A stretch of 64,000 nucleotides of DNA from contig JAQGDQ010000117.1 of the NCBI GenBank assembly GCA_030141605.1, forward strand, positions 1-64,000. Reading direction: 5' to 3'. This document shows, one piece after another, positions 41,761 through 53,658 of this stretch; positions within the stretch are counted from its first letter, which is position 1, and each line of letters begins with the position of its first letter. The notes under the pieces are model-generated. The model was not told where the DNA came from. It worked only from the letters and a program-made list of their open reading frames with translations, and ran no database searches. Made by a program: the position numbers and the translations under genes. This stretch comes from Tubiluchus corallicola. Lineage: Eukaryota > Animalia > Priapulida.

Positions 41761-44431
41761 TCGGGTGTTATGCTATGTATGCGTAGTGTTAATACAACTG
41801 CTGTTCTCAATCAATAATAGGTGCTACAAAAATCATAATTTAGTACATCTGTAATTTCTGTATATATGCGTACTGTGCGTACATATTCTCTTACGGCTAC
41901 AATACTACATAACATGATTATATGCGCAATGGGGTAAACTGATTACAGGACGCATGACTGTCAAATGCTGCGTTGAATGTATTTATGAAACAAATTACAG
42001 TATGTGCTCCAGGGAAAATTCAGTTAGACTAAATGTTTATGGGACGGTAACAAAATTTGTCGTTTGTAATTTGCTTGGCTTATGTACGAAGCTCTTACTA
42101 GATGCTGAACGAATTTACGAAGCTTATACATCTCTTCCATTTCCTCAGAGGAAACACTTGGCATTAAGTGCTTTCTTGCGACTCTAGATAATCACTGGAA
42201 GAGATTTGCTCGAGGAAATGCGCCATTGCTGGGAAAAATTGCAGAAAAATCATAATAATTGCTTTAGAAATTTTTAGTGAATAAACCAGGGGGGAAAACT
42301 TTTTTTGCGCGTCAGATTTAAAGTACTTAATTTGTACTTTACTGTAGTGCGATGCATGTGAATTTATCACCAAGTATTCTGATTTCCAATTGTGCAGAAA
42401 AAGCTTTTGTAGTTTGCAGACTACTACTACTTGACTCGCGTATGACGTCACAGTTTAAGAAAAACCTTTTCTGGGTAAAAAAATCCGTTGCAGACACAGA
42501 CTTAGTTGCGCAAGCGCTTCCTCATAAATATGTGGTTGCAGATTTGCTCTGACTGCAATTCTCGAATGAATTCTGACTCACTGACTGATACTCTCAGGAA
42601 ACCTACACAATAGGAAAGTTCTACAGAGAGGCATGTTCTTCGCAATAATAGTATAAATTAACATACATAAGAGTATAAGTATATAGCTCAAAACACGAAT
42701 TTCATATTTAGCTATGTGCTACGGCTCAACAAAAAACAGTTTTTTCCATTGTTTTATTAAAACGATAGAGCGTTTTAATTATTTTTTACTTTGCAAATGG
42801 CTTCACAATTCGAATAACAATATCTTGGTTCTAATGTCAAACCTAATTATTCTCGAGCAGCAATATTTAATTTTCTTCCGTGTTTATGCAAAAACTTGAT
42901 GAAAGCCGTAGGCTTAATCAAAAATGAAAACACTAAAGTTTTGATGAGAAGGGAATTTCCTTCACAGTTTTAGCACTTCTTAGTTAATCTCATCAACTAA
43001 GAAAATAAACGTTCTTGAGAATCCTGCAGTTTATAAATTTTACAGGCGCATGGATTTTAAACTCCTTTGACTGGTAAACAAGGTAATATTGGCAGTATAT
43101 GTCAGAAGTGCTAAAAGACTCCAATAATATCATGATTGAAAGATTATATCTCAAAACAAAAGATTTTGCCATACTAAATAAATCGCGTCAGCTTTCTGTT
43201 TTTTAACCATTTGATTCTATGCAATTGTAAACGACGCACTCTGCGATTTGCGTTTTTGCTTTTCAAGCTCATTAGTATTACAGTACAATGTACAAGCAAC
43301 TCATGAACAGTATATTACACAAATATCGTCTATCTCACTTGCACCGTCGTTTTCTGTATTACAGTATCTAAAATTAGCATCTTTTTTCACATTTCACCAG
43401 TTAACCTTTTGTTTTACAGGCTTATATGGAATAACTGCAGAGAGATTTTACACTTACACGCCGCAATAATTATCTGTAGCATCCTCTTATATTATAATTT
43501 ATAATCAAGCAACATTAAACAATAAAAATGCACAGTCACGATTGCGCCATAATTATAATGAAGAACTTTGAAACACGCAAGTGTCTCCCGTTTTCTAGGA
43601 AATTTCGCTATTAATTTCTGCAACGGCAACAGCGTTTTTCACAAAAACATAAACTATTCACACGAAAAAGACGCGCGAATGCACGATAAGATGTAATCCG
43701 CCACAATAAAGTTATTTTGACTTTAGAATTTTGAAAAGTACGTGTACGAGTGCTAACAAGCGCACGAAGACATAAAAACCGCTTTGTGAGGACTTTCTAT
43801 GTTTTTGTAGCCTTCCACACTGCAAAAAGAAAATGCTGATTTCTAGAATTTACACTAGCAACGCATGCCTAGATGTATGTCACGCGCGCTGACTCTCTTT
43901 AGGCAGCCTTTTGAATCAATATGAGAGATTCTGCAAATGACAGAGTCAGATTCTTATATGAATCCTAATTGAAGCCTGCACGGTGTGCGCTCTTCAAATT
44001 GTATCCAATTTAGCACTGTTATTGTTCTAATGTAGTTCAGTCCTATGCAGCAGCTAGACCGATTTGTGAGAATTTAGACTTTGACTTCTATACCTGTTCA
44101 GCTTTAATAGAAATTTTAAATAAAAGCCTCTTGTGTTTCTTCATGCTCCGTGCGGGCGGAAAATTGGAAAGCGATTTCCGCGATTATTTTAAATTTTCTC
44201 GTCAATAAAGCTGAATTAAAAACTTTTGTGCCCATGCCTACGGCAAATGATTATCTGGTTTCTTGATAGTTTGAATTATCAGACAGTTCGAGCTGAGAAT
44301 ATGACGGTTTGAACACATCTAATGTCCTGTCGGTCACACAGCTACCGGTCAAGCTCAGAAACACTTTGTAACTTGAAATCGTATGTTGCAGCTCCAAAAA
44401 TTAGTGTCTGGAAACTTAGTGGCTTGAGTTA

Positions 44432-44598
44432 GCTTAAAGCACAAGAAAATACTCTTCATAAATAAAGCTCAAAAATTGGATGTGAAATTTTATATCACTT
44501 ACATGTCTTATTGCCTAAAAAAATCGTCTTGAAATTTTATATCACTTACATATCTTATTGCGTATGAGCTTGCGTTACCAGTAACGCTGTATAAAACT
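44432..44598 (-). repeat. Short interspersed repeat, copy 3 (inverted, diverged), with an internal duplication
   Basis: Reverse complement of the 2212/16987 family: cttaaagcacaagaaaa..., tgaaattttatatcacttaca twice, then ...cagtaacgctgtataaaa. Confidence 0.7.
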
Positions 44599-44984
44599 TA
44601 TAAATTCAAACTCTCGCGATGACCTTTAGGAGCAGCCATCCATTTTGAAGGTAAGTAAATTGTTTGAAACAAGTCTAGACAATACTGCGTAAGGTTCGAA
44701 AAAATAATTAGAGCATTCGTCATTAAAATCAATAACATGTTTTTGGTGAACCAGTGCATGGTGCTCAATTGGATGACGGTATAGTGCCGTTTTACCAGGC
44801 GCGAATATTTTAAATTATTGGGAATTTTCTTTTCCAATTGCATAAGTTTTTGAAACAGGCATGAGTAATACAAAGTATTACAACTCTGCATGAGATAGAC
44901 TCAGGGATGTACTTTTCAATTTCCTTTTCTCCTCCTTTAACGTTTGAAAGTTCCAAAGTTCAAGCTACGTTAGCTTGAAGATTC

Positions 44985-45225
44985 GACTTCAGAGTTAGGA
45001 AGGGTGACGTCTAGAGGTCAGTTAGTGTCAGAAGGTTTGACGTATCAAAATTTAGTGTTTGGAGATGTAATGTTTCATGCTCAGTCAGTAAGTGTCTGGA
45101 GGTGTGACTTTCACACCTCAGTCAGTGCATGGACGTGCAACGTTTCAAGATCAGTAAGTGTCTGGAGGTGTGGCGCTTCATGATCAGTCAGTGAATGGAG
45201 ATGTAACGTTTCAAGGTCAGTAAGA
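44985..45225. repeat. 33-bp minisatellite with alternating A/B units
   Basis: tcagtaagtgtctggaggtgtg... alternates with tcagtcagtg.atgga..tg.aacgtttcaag at 45085-45223. Confidence 0.8.
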
Positions 45226-45942
45226 AAACAAGAAAAGAAGAATGACACAACGAGGTTATAAAAAGCCTACTGCACTGTGTTCAGTCGTTTCCTGAGTTTT
45301 TCTCATTTCTGGTATTTGTATCTTTAGCGTGCTTTACTGGATCATTCCATCTCCGTTCCTTGTTGCTACCCGGTGAAGTCTCCTAGCCTGTTATGCAACT
45401 GAATTAGATCATCTAGCACGCCATGCACATCCCTTGTACTTGTTGTAATTAAATTACATAGTGTTCATTCTCATTACCCGCTTTGTCTCTGGAGTCTTGA
45501 AACTAAAACTAGAATGCTAACTTACTCGTGAACTTGCCATGATTACCCTAAAACTAATCATCAGAGGTGCCTAATTTTAGACGAATTTATACATCTCTAT
45601 TTGACTGTTTTCCTGTTTATAATTCGAAACGCATTCCAGATTAGAGCTAACTGTATATTTTTCAAGCCTCTGGGAGCAAGGACAAGTGAAAGATCAGCTG
45701 CAGCTAAGCTCCTGATAAGCAAGAGATGCCATCAGAATTCGAAATGCATACGTTTGCCGGAAAAATTTGCGCGACTCGTTTCTTCCATCACATTTCATTA
45801 GATTACTCGTGTTAATAGCGATCAAGACGCGAATTCAGCTAGTAGCAGTTAAGTGACAGTTATCTTCTTCTAAAGGACCTGTGTATGATTAACTTGTTCT
45901 TCGTAACATTATACCGGTAACGCAACCCGCGCAATAGAGACG

Positions 45943-45943
<1 letters not shown>

Positions 45944-45979
<36 letters not shown>

Positions 45980-45993
45980 CGTGCGTGCGTACG

Positions 45994-46029
<36 letters not shown>

Positions 46030-46053
46030 TACGTGCGTGCGTGCGTGTGTGTG

Positions 46054-46105
<52 letters not shown>

Positions 46106-46133
46106 GGCGGGCGGGCGGTCGGGCGGGCGTGCG
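45944..46133. repeat. (GT)n/(GCGT)n/(GCGG)n compound microsatellite
   Basis: Seen directly; it explains the ORFs at 45860-46241. Confidence 0.97.
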
Positions 46134-49100
46134 TCCACCCATTCGAAAAAGGTTAATATAGTACAGTTCTGTTTTAAGTGCAAGCTTGGTGACAAGGTTT
46201 TCGTTCTTCAAGGAACAGCTTAGCATTTCACGAGACAACATGTTAGCTAGCGGTGCAGTCCGAAGCCTAGGCAGTCTGATGCTTAAGGATATCGGACCTG
46301 GCCGTTTTGGTGGTTTTGTGAAGGTGTTAAAAGTATACAGATGTCCAGTTGCTACTAAAGTGTTTCACCACTTAAAACCATGTAAAAACATTCCACAACA
46401 CGATAGATTTCGAGTGATTTTAGTCTTGGTAAAACAGGTGGTCTGATAGAGACAGCATTTGCAATAAAATGTCATGCAAATGTTTTTACCATGGTTTCTT
46501 CAATTAAAAATAATTAACAATTTCGCAGATTGGCAAACTGTTGCTTGAGCAGTAATTTTTTTATTACAGTAAACTAGGGTTGCGATTATTAATGTTAATC
46601 CGTGTTTACGTACGTAATTAGCAGGAATTGTTTCATGATTACTGAAGATTTAATTAGAATTTGACTGCTTAAAATTGTAACTATGTTTAAAGTTAATTGT
46701 TTAACTGCTTAACCGCCTGCAAAACAACAGTTTAACTTCAAGATGAGAAACGTGACATGGTTTATTAGCATTAAAATAGTATTGACTTAAAATTTATCAC
46801 GGAATGTTTTATGAAAAGAAATCCGACTTGTAATTACAAATTTCAAACTACAAACTTAAATTAATTAAGCCTAATTGTGAAACATTATATATACGAATTG
46901 ACACCATTGTGGTTATCGTAAATATTTATTTTTCAAACATAAATATTAATTAACTTATTTATTTATTTCGTCTAAAATTTTGATTTGTAGTAACACCAAC
47001 AGTCTTACATATATTTTGATTGCTATGGTGTAATTCAGTCTTTGAAGATGCTGTCATGTTTCCTATGTTGCAATGTGTTTTGTGGACTTGAGTTTCGTGG
47101 CTGGCGCTAATAAGCTTCTAAGAACAACGGATCAATTGAAAATCTTGAATTCTTTATTAATTGGCGATCTTATTTCTGCACTAACTGGTTTTCTTTTAAA
47201 TTGTATTGGTAATACTAATACTTCGCATCATTGGATATCACTATAATGGCTTTATTTCCCTTGCGTCAAAAGGCCTAGGCACTTTACTGATTCTTTTTGT
47301 GCTCGCATTGATACTCTTGTATCAGTTAACCCATGAGCGGTGGACAGACAGCTAGGACGGGGCTCTAGATTTTAATATTATTCTGTTAGTATTGTTCCTG
47401 GCATTTTGATACAAGAATTAAAATATTTGCTGTTGCTCCCTTTAGCACAAGCTCGCCTGTAAAAATTTCCCGTAAGCCAGCGGTATTTTTCACAAAGGAA
47501 AGCTAGTCATTCCATCAGGTAAACAGAAAATGAGATCAAATTTAAAACCTCCTAGATTCAGTTATAACCCAATCATCTAAACATGATGTTCTCCAGGTTT
47601 GAGTTGGCTCTCCACCATAGCTGGTTACGTTTTCGGGTTTTTAGTCCTTTTTCGTTTAACTATTAGCGTACCTCAAAATCTTTAGTAGGCAAAAGTGGGT
47701 CATATTAGTCTTGCCTTTCCCAAGTGCAGAATTTTCCTAAAACTCTTTTGTACAATTTCCTTGAAGTGTTCCCATCTTAAGAAAATTCAGCACGGAATGT
47801 TAGTAGATATATTCGTGTGGCGTGTTCAGCACGGCAAATTCTCGACTGTCTAATTATTACAATAAAAATACGTCAAAGGAAACGACAGCTTTTTTTTCTT
47901 GTTTTTTGTTTGTTTTATAGTCCTTTACTGTGGCTCGACGATTTCAACTAATAACATTAACGACAAAGCCAATCTTACTGACACTTGCCAAATTTCAGCT
48001 TTATTGCAGCCTTACAGGATGTGCGTGAAAGGTTTCCATTTTTTGATTGCAAGTCAAATGTGAGCGTGAAACTGAAATTATTGGTCATTTTGTTGTCAGA
48101 GTTTCAACTCGCGAGAACTTTTCATATAAATGCAGTGTGCATCTTCGCAATAATAAAATGATTTCATGAAAAGTAGCGTTACTGTCATAACCACCACATT
48201 AAGCATTATTTCAGAAGTCACCAAATTTAAACTTAGAGAAGAAAGATTTTTTGAAGACTTCAGCAAGCTAGTTCACTTTGTGCTTTCAGCCCATCCCACG
48301 CCCTGTTCCTATCGCTTCCATTGCTTATACACCATAAACACTAGGGTGTGTTTTGTATAGTCCAGCTTTCTTTGTTTCACCAGTAACACGTCCTTGTTTC
48401 GGTGAGGAGTCTGCAGCCTCATAAAATAATTAGCAAAGATAGTGAAATAATTCGTGCACAAGAATATGTTGCTTTAAAACACATCAGCTAAAAGCTATTC
48501 CGAAGAAATGTATTTTGATTAAAATACGTAGAATGAGCACTGGTAGTCCGAGCACTTATGTGCAAACAAAATGAAGACAAAACATAAGAAATTCATTTTC
48601 ACACAAGTGATAATTTGCAGCATGTATCAATCCATGAAACTAAATGTATAAACAATGTGGGAAAGGCAACTAACATACAGTTTTTTACTTTGTTCCCTAT
48701 ATGAAGTGAAATATTTACCTTTAATGGCAGATTGTAGACTGCAGTAGAGTTATTTTACTAGAACAATATGTCGCGTTACTTTTTTTACTATAGTTGTCTT
48801 TATATTTTCGCTGTGACTGCATTAATTTTACTTGGAAGCCCACATTATAGATGTAATTAAAATTGTAATTTCAACTAAATCTAACACACTTCAATTTGTC
48901 TCATCGTAAGCTATCATTTGACTAAGCAATGGCCAACAAACATACTCATAAAAAATCTTTAATATGGATTTACAGCATCATCACGCATGCCCCTGGTATT
49001 AGCCCCACCTTACTACATGCCAATGATTACTATTCAAATTTGAAAATTTGAAAAGAGTGAGTATACAGAAATTTTGGATTTCACGTGTTAAAAGTGAAGG

Positions 49101-50157
49101 GCCCAGTAACACGCAGCGACATTGGCTTTTTTTCTTTTCTAACCAATTTTAACTGACATTGCTGTGTTTGGGGTTGAATTCAGCTCATATGTGCACCAGG
49201 AAGGGCTCTTCCTTTCGAAAACATCTTATTTGACATAAGGGGGAGGGATAACAATACTGTTTTTATCTGCATCTATGCTTTTATAACCCCCCTCTCTCTC
49301 TCTTTCCTCTCTTTCTCTCTCTCTCTCTCCCTCTCTTTGTTATCTGACTCACTTACGATGAGTTTCTGCGTTAAATGAGGTGAACGGACGTATTGTACAT
49401 GTACATTAAATGAGTTCCTGTTCCGTTTACTTTGATAGACACCAGATCGCTACGTTGGGCGTCCAGGTTAAATATTGACACTATCGTTTAATCTGTGTTC
49501 AAAGCAAGCCCCGGCGGAGAACATTATACTCATCAACGTAATATTACTATGGCTTTATTGATATGGCACTGACACACACTCAACTCAGCAGAAATAACTC
49601 CAAGCTGAAATCGTTTCCAAACACATTTTCTTGGCTATAGCTCCATTGATGGGCGAGGACACGCAAGTGACCGTAGTCGAACGATGCGTAATTTGTGATC
49701 AAATTGATTTTTTGACAGTTTTGCAAATTAGTGTCGTAAATATGTTTTAAAAAAAGCAAATAACTAATTACCGTAAACAAGTTTCATTAAACTAAATTAT
49801 TATCCACTCACTTCAGTGGCAAGGGTTGATCATCTTTCGGGTTGTCGACACTTTCACGTGCGATTTTACAGATTATGATAAAGCCGATCTTAACTCTTGT
49901 CTCTGTTGTCTCAGTGAAACGCTGCAAGACGCATTATGATAAAGGAAAAAACAACTAAATCTGGCCTTGAATCTTATAATGCAAAAACCGGTGGAGCGGG
50001 CTATTTAAAGCCAGTATACATGATAATTTTTCGAAATTCTACTGACATAGCTTGATTGCAAACTCTAATGCACACATACTATTAACAGTTTCAGATGACT
50101 TGTTTTCAGAAGGATATACTGATCACAGAATTGCATGTTTTTGCTGTGCTGCTTTAA

Positions 50158-50691
50158 AGGAAAACCGGACCCAAGCTTAAGCTGTGACTTAGAACAATCT
50201 ACTCTATAAACTATTGAAAGAGAACAAACTATTTTTTGAAGAATGATTTACGTGAAAGAGTTATTACCTAAGAAACGCATTTCGCGTTTGAGCGGTTAGT
50301 TCTTCTCTGTTATGTGTATTTAGCTATTCGCTAATTAGATGAGTACTAGTGCCTGCGCCTCTAAAGCGCTCTGCACAAACAACAGGTGCTGTATGTCTCA
50401 GTTCAGAGGCGTTCAGTTGTTACCTACGTTCGAGAGATCATAGGGAAGCGCAACAATAAATTCGAAATTTGAATTTTAAACTTAAAATTTGCTGAGTTTT
50501 TGTAAAGGATTTAGGATTTTTCCAGCTTGGCGGAGATCTGCTTCCTACTGAGCGCATTCTAGTTTTATTATAGAAAATATCTGCAAAAATAACGTGCCAT
50601 TTTTCACATTTTTCAATTTGTGCTTTTTTCCTGTGCCATTTTTACCTGTATCATTTTTACCAATATTCACGAAAAATCATCCTGTTTTCCT
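50158..50691. mobile_element. Kolobok-like non-autonomous DNA transposon (534 bp)
   Basis: TTAA|AGGAAAACCGG ... CCTGTTTTCCT|TTAA gives a 10/11 TIR with RR...YY termini and TTAA on both sides (50154-50157 and 50692-50695). Confidence 0.65.
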
Positions 50692-53658
50692 TTAAACGCG
50701 AGCTCATTTTATAAATAACTTACCTGATGGCGACGCTTTGCGAAATAATTCCTCCGTAATTTCACATCCATAGTCAAACTTTAACGGGCCAGGAAGATAG
50801 CTCTAATTTCATTGTGATCGCTCAGGTTCTTCTTTCACGTGTAATTCGTTTCGTCGACTTCTTCTCGTTGTATAAGCCGGTACACAACAGCTTTATCAGT
50901 TTACACCACTTCGTTTTGCCTTAAATTTACCTATTCTAAAGTCAAACTAAGCAGTACTTATTGTACAGATGGCTCATATTGTACTTGCAAATGTGGCTCA
51001 GAGCCTTTGTGCAAGTAAACGGATAATCGTTAGATACAACTGAAACAGATTTTAAGTGCAATCACCTTGATGTAAAGCGAAATATAGGCCTAATTATCGA
51101 TAAGATATGTTTAATTTTTCCATTTATAAATTGAGGCTGTACAAAAGCATGTTTATTATTTGGGCAGTGTTAAACAAAGGTTAATTTTTTCATCCAGTTT
51201 TAATTAAATGTTAGTAGGCCTATAAATGACAAAAGCATATATTTGCACAAGGTGAGAATCACTGAATACGAGACTAGCCAACAACAGTAGAATTTGTCAA
51301 ACTTTCCTTAAACCGCCAATGCCCACCATATATAAATTGAGTTGGTCTATAATAAGCTGTGATCTTTCGAAGCAAGCAAAGGTTGATACTCTAGTTTACA
51401 ACTAGACGATTTATTGTTGGCAGCTAGAATTGAGCTACAACAATTCTGGTGATCCAATGATTACTACCACCCCCACCCCCGCCCGTGTAGGCGCTCTTTA
51501 AATGATGTACGTGGATATCATACGATAAGGTTAACCTGTAGGCTGATATAGATATTATTGCTATTCACTGTTGAGAGAAATATTAATGCTCTCTAGCCTT
51601 GTACATGATTAGGTTAATTAATCCCTACGTGTATTTATTATTTTCTGGTTGGGAATACAAATCCTTTCTTTTAGCAGATGGCTGCCCAAACGTTCTTAAT
51701 AGCATTTCTAGGTTTTCGCGACAGCAAAGCTTCCATTCTATTATACTCTCACAGAATTATACCTATAATCAGGTTTGAATGGAATTAGCATTATTACTAT
51801 GTGGCAAGTTTGTAAATGAAGGCGTCGTCATATAAAAGGTGTATCATTCATCACGTGACTGATGAAGCCGTCAGCAGGTAAACAAAGTGATTAAGAAGGC
51901 GTATGGCTAACGATGTCTTTCAGTTTTCACTTCGCTTTGAAGATGCGGATGCAGTTAATTACTATTTGATATGATGTTGCGAGTATCCTTTTTGAACGAC
52001 ATAATAATTACATTTACACTGCACAAAAAATATTTGTTACATATTGTTGTACAACACACAATCATTACTTTCTTCATAATTGACGTTACAGCACAAAAAT
52101 GGTTTTTTGCCAAGATCACGTAGTCCAAATCCCAGCGGAAGGCACATATAATTGCTGCAAATTTAGAAGACATTACCTCTCCAGTTTTAGCCTCATAGCA
52201 TACGCGCATTAACTGTCATTGGTAATTATTATGCACCTGTGTTAGTAAAGATTATTTGTTCCAGATTCATAAACTATAGCAACAATTTTAAGCATCGTGC
52301 ATACCCAACGTTCCTAAAGAACATATAATAACGGGTACAGCTTTACCCGTTAATTCATTAACCCGCACAAAGGTATAATAAATGTCCCACATGTATGAAA
52401 ACCATACGTTACGCAGATGCAAGGTAATAAAAATGAGCTACTCCAGTCACGTCATGTTTGTACTGCTCTTTAATTCGGCGCTAATTAAAAAGAGGCTGGA
52501 GGGGATCCAAAAATGTACGAGTTGGCGCCTTTACTTGTTGTCGAGGTAGGCCTTGATATGCCTGAAAGGGCAAAACCAATTTATGAAATGCAAATTCTTG
52601 TTCCGTTTGAAAATAGAGTAGCAGTTAGTCAGGCTTACAATGTATATTCAGCAGATACTATAAAATAAATTGAGAAAGTAATAACTTCCACCTCTTTCTG
52701 GATTTCGTGCCGCCCGAATATATCTGGAACTCGATATTTTTGGCTGCAGCAAAACAAAAAATATTTTACTTGTAACTTGATCTTGTAGTTTCATCAGCCA
52801 TACTGATGCGACACACAGACACGTTTGCCAGTTTAACGTCGTATCTCAAAGGACTAACATTTATAACGAGCCATTCCCACTACTATCATTCAACGTTAGT
52901 TGGAGATCCTACTATCCTGCCAATAAGTGCAGTATATAAACTTGCCATGTGCCAAACTATATAACAGATAGTGTAGATACAACTAGAATGCATTTAACAA
53001 GTCTATCATTTCGTATATACCAGGCAGTCGGTGGGCATTATTATTGAATGAAAGTTAGTTTTTTCTAAAGTGCTAATCAGTAACAAGTAACAATTCTCCA
53101 TAACTATTGCTGAATTGATACAAATTTAATTTGTTTCTGATTATAACACACAATTTGTCAACCACGTACATAACAATGCCAGATTCTTTTTACATCTTAC
53201 TAAATTTTTTTCAAGTTTTATATGTTACAATAACACACACTAAATCGGAAAATGACTTAACTATAATAAAAAAAAACAACAATAAAAGACCCATGTATTA
53301 TTAAATGCAACAAGAATAACCCCAGAGATTAATTAACAGATGATCTAAGGAGAATAACAAGAAAGCTGTATTTAGTGTTAATAATGGATGGTTTTATGAG
53401 TTTTTGACGATGCTTCATAATTTCAAAAGGAATCAGAAAAATGCCATGCAAATATATATTACACTACATACTTGTATTAAATGGAGAACCCAGTTATTAA
53501 ACAATTTAATGAATTTATAATTTTTGATAACATCTGTATAACAGACAGTCATAACAAATTACACATAAGTATAATCTTTTGCTCTGTTGATTAACATCCT
53601 GTTCATTCTATAATAAGTGAATTTATGTTCAAATAACTAAGAAAAGTTTCCTGTATCT

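Noticed and set aside
44985-45225. CRISPR-like periodic repeat; also considered for 6210-6700 and 40730-41760
   Set aside because: The 'spacers' are homologous to each other, there are no cas genes, and the context is eukaryotic, so these are minisatellites.
45860-46241. Cluster of ORFs rich in CV/RACV/HART
   Set aside because: They are translations of a (GT)n/(GCGT)n microsatellite.
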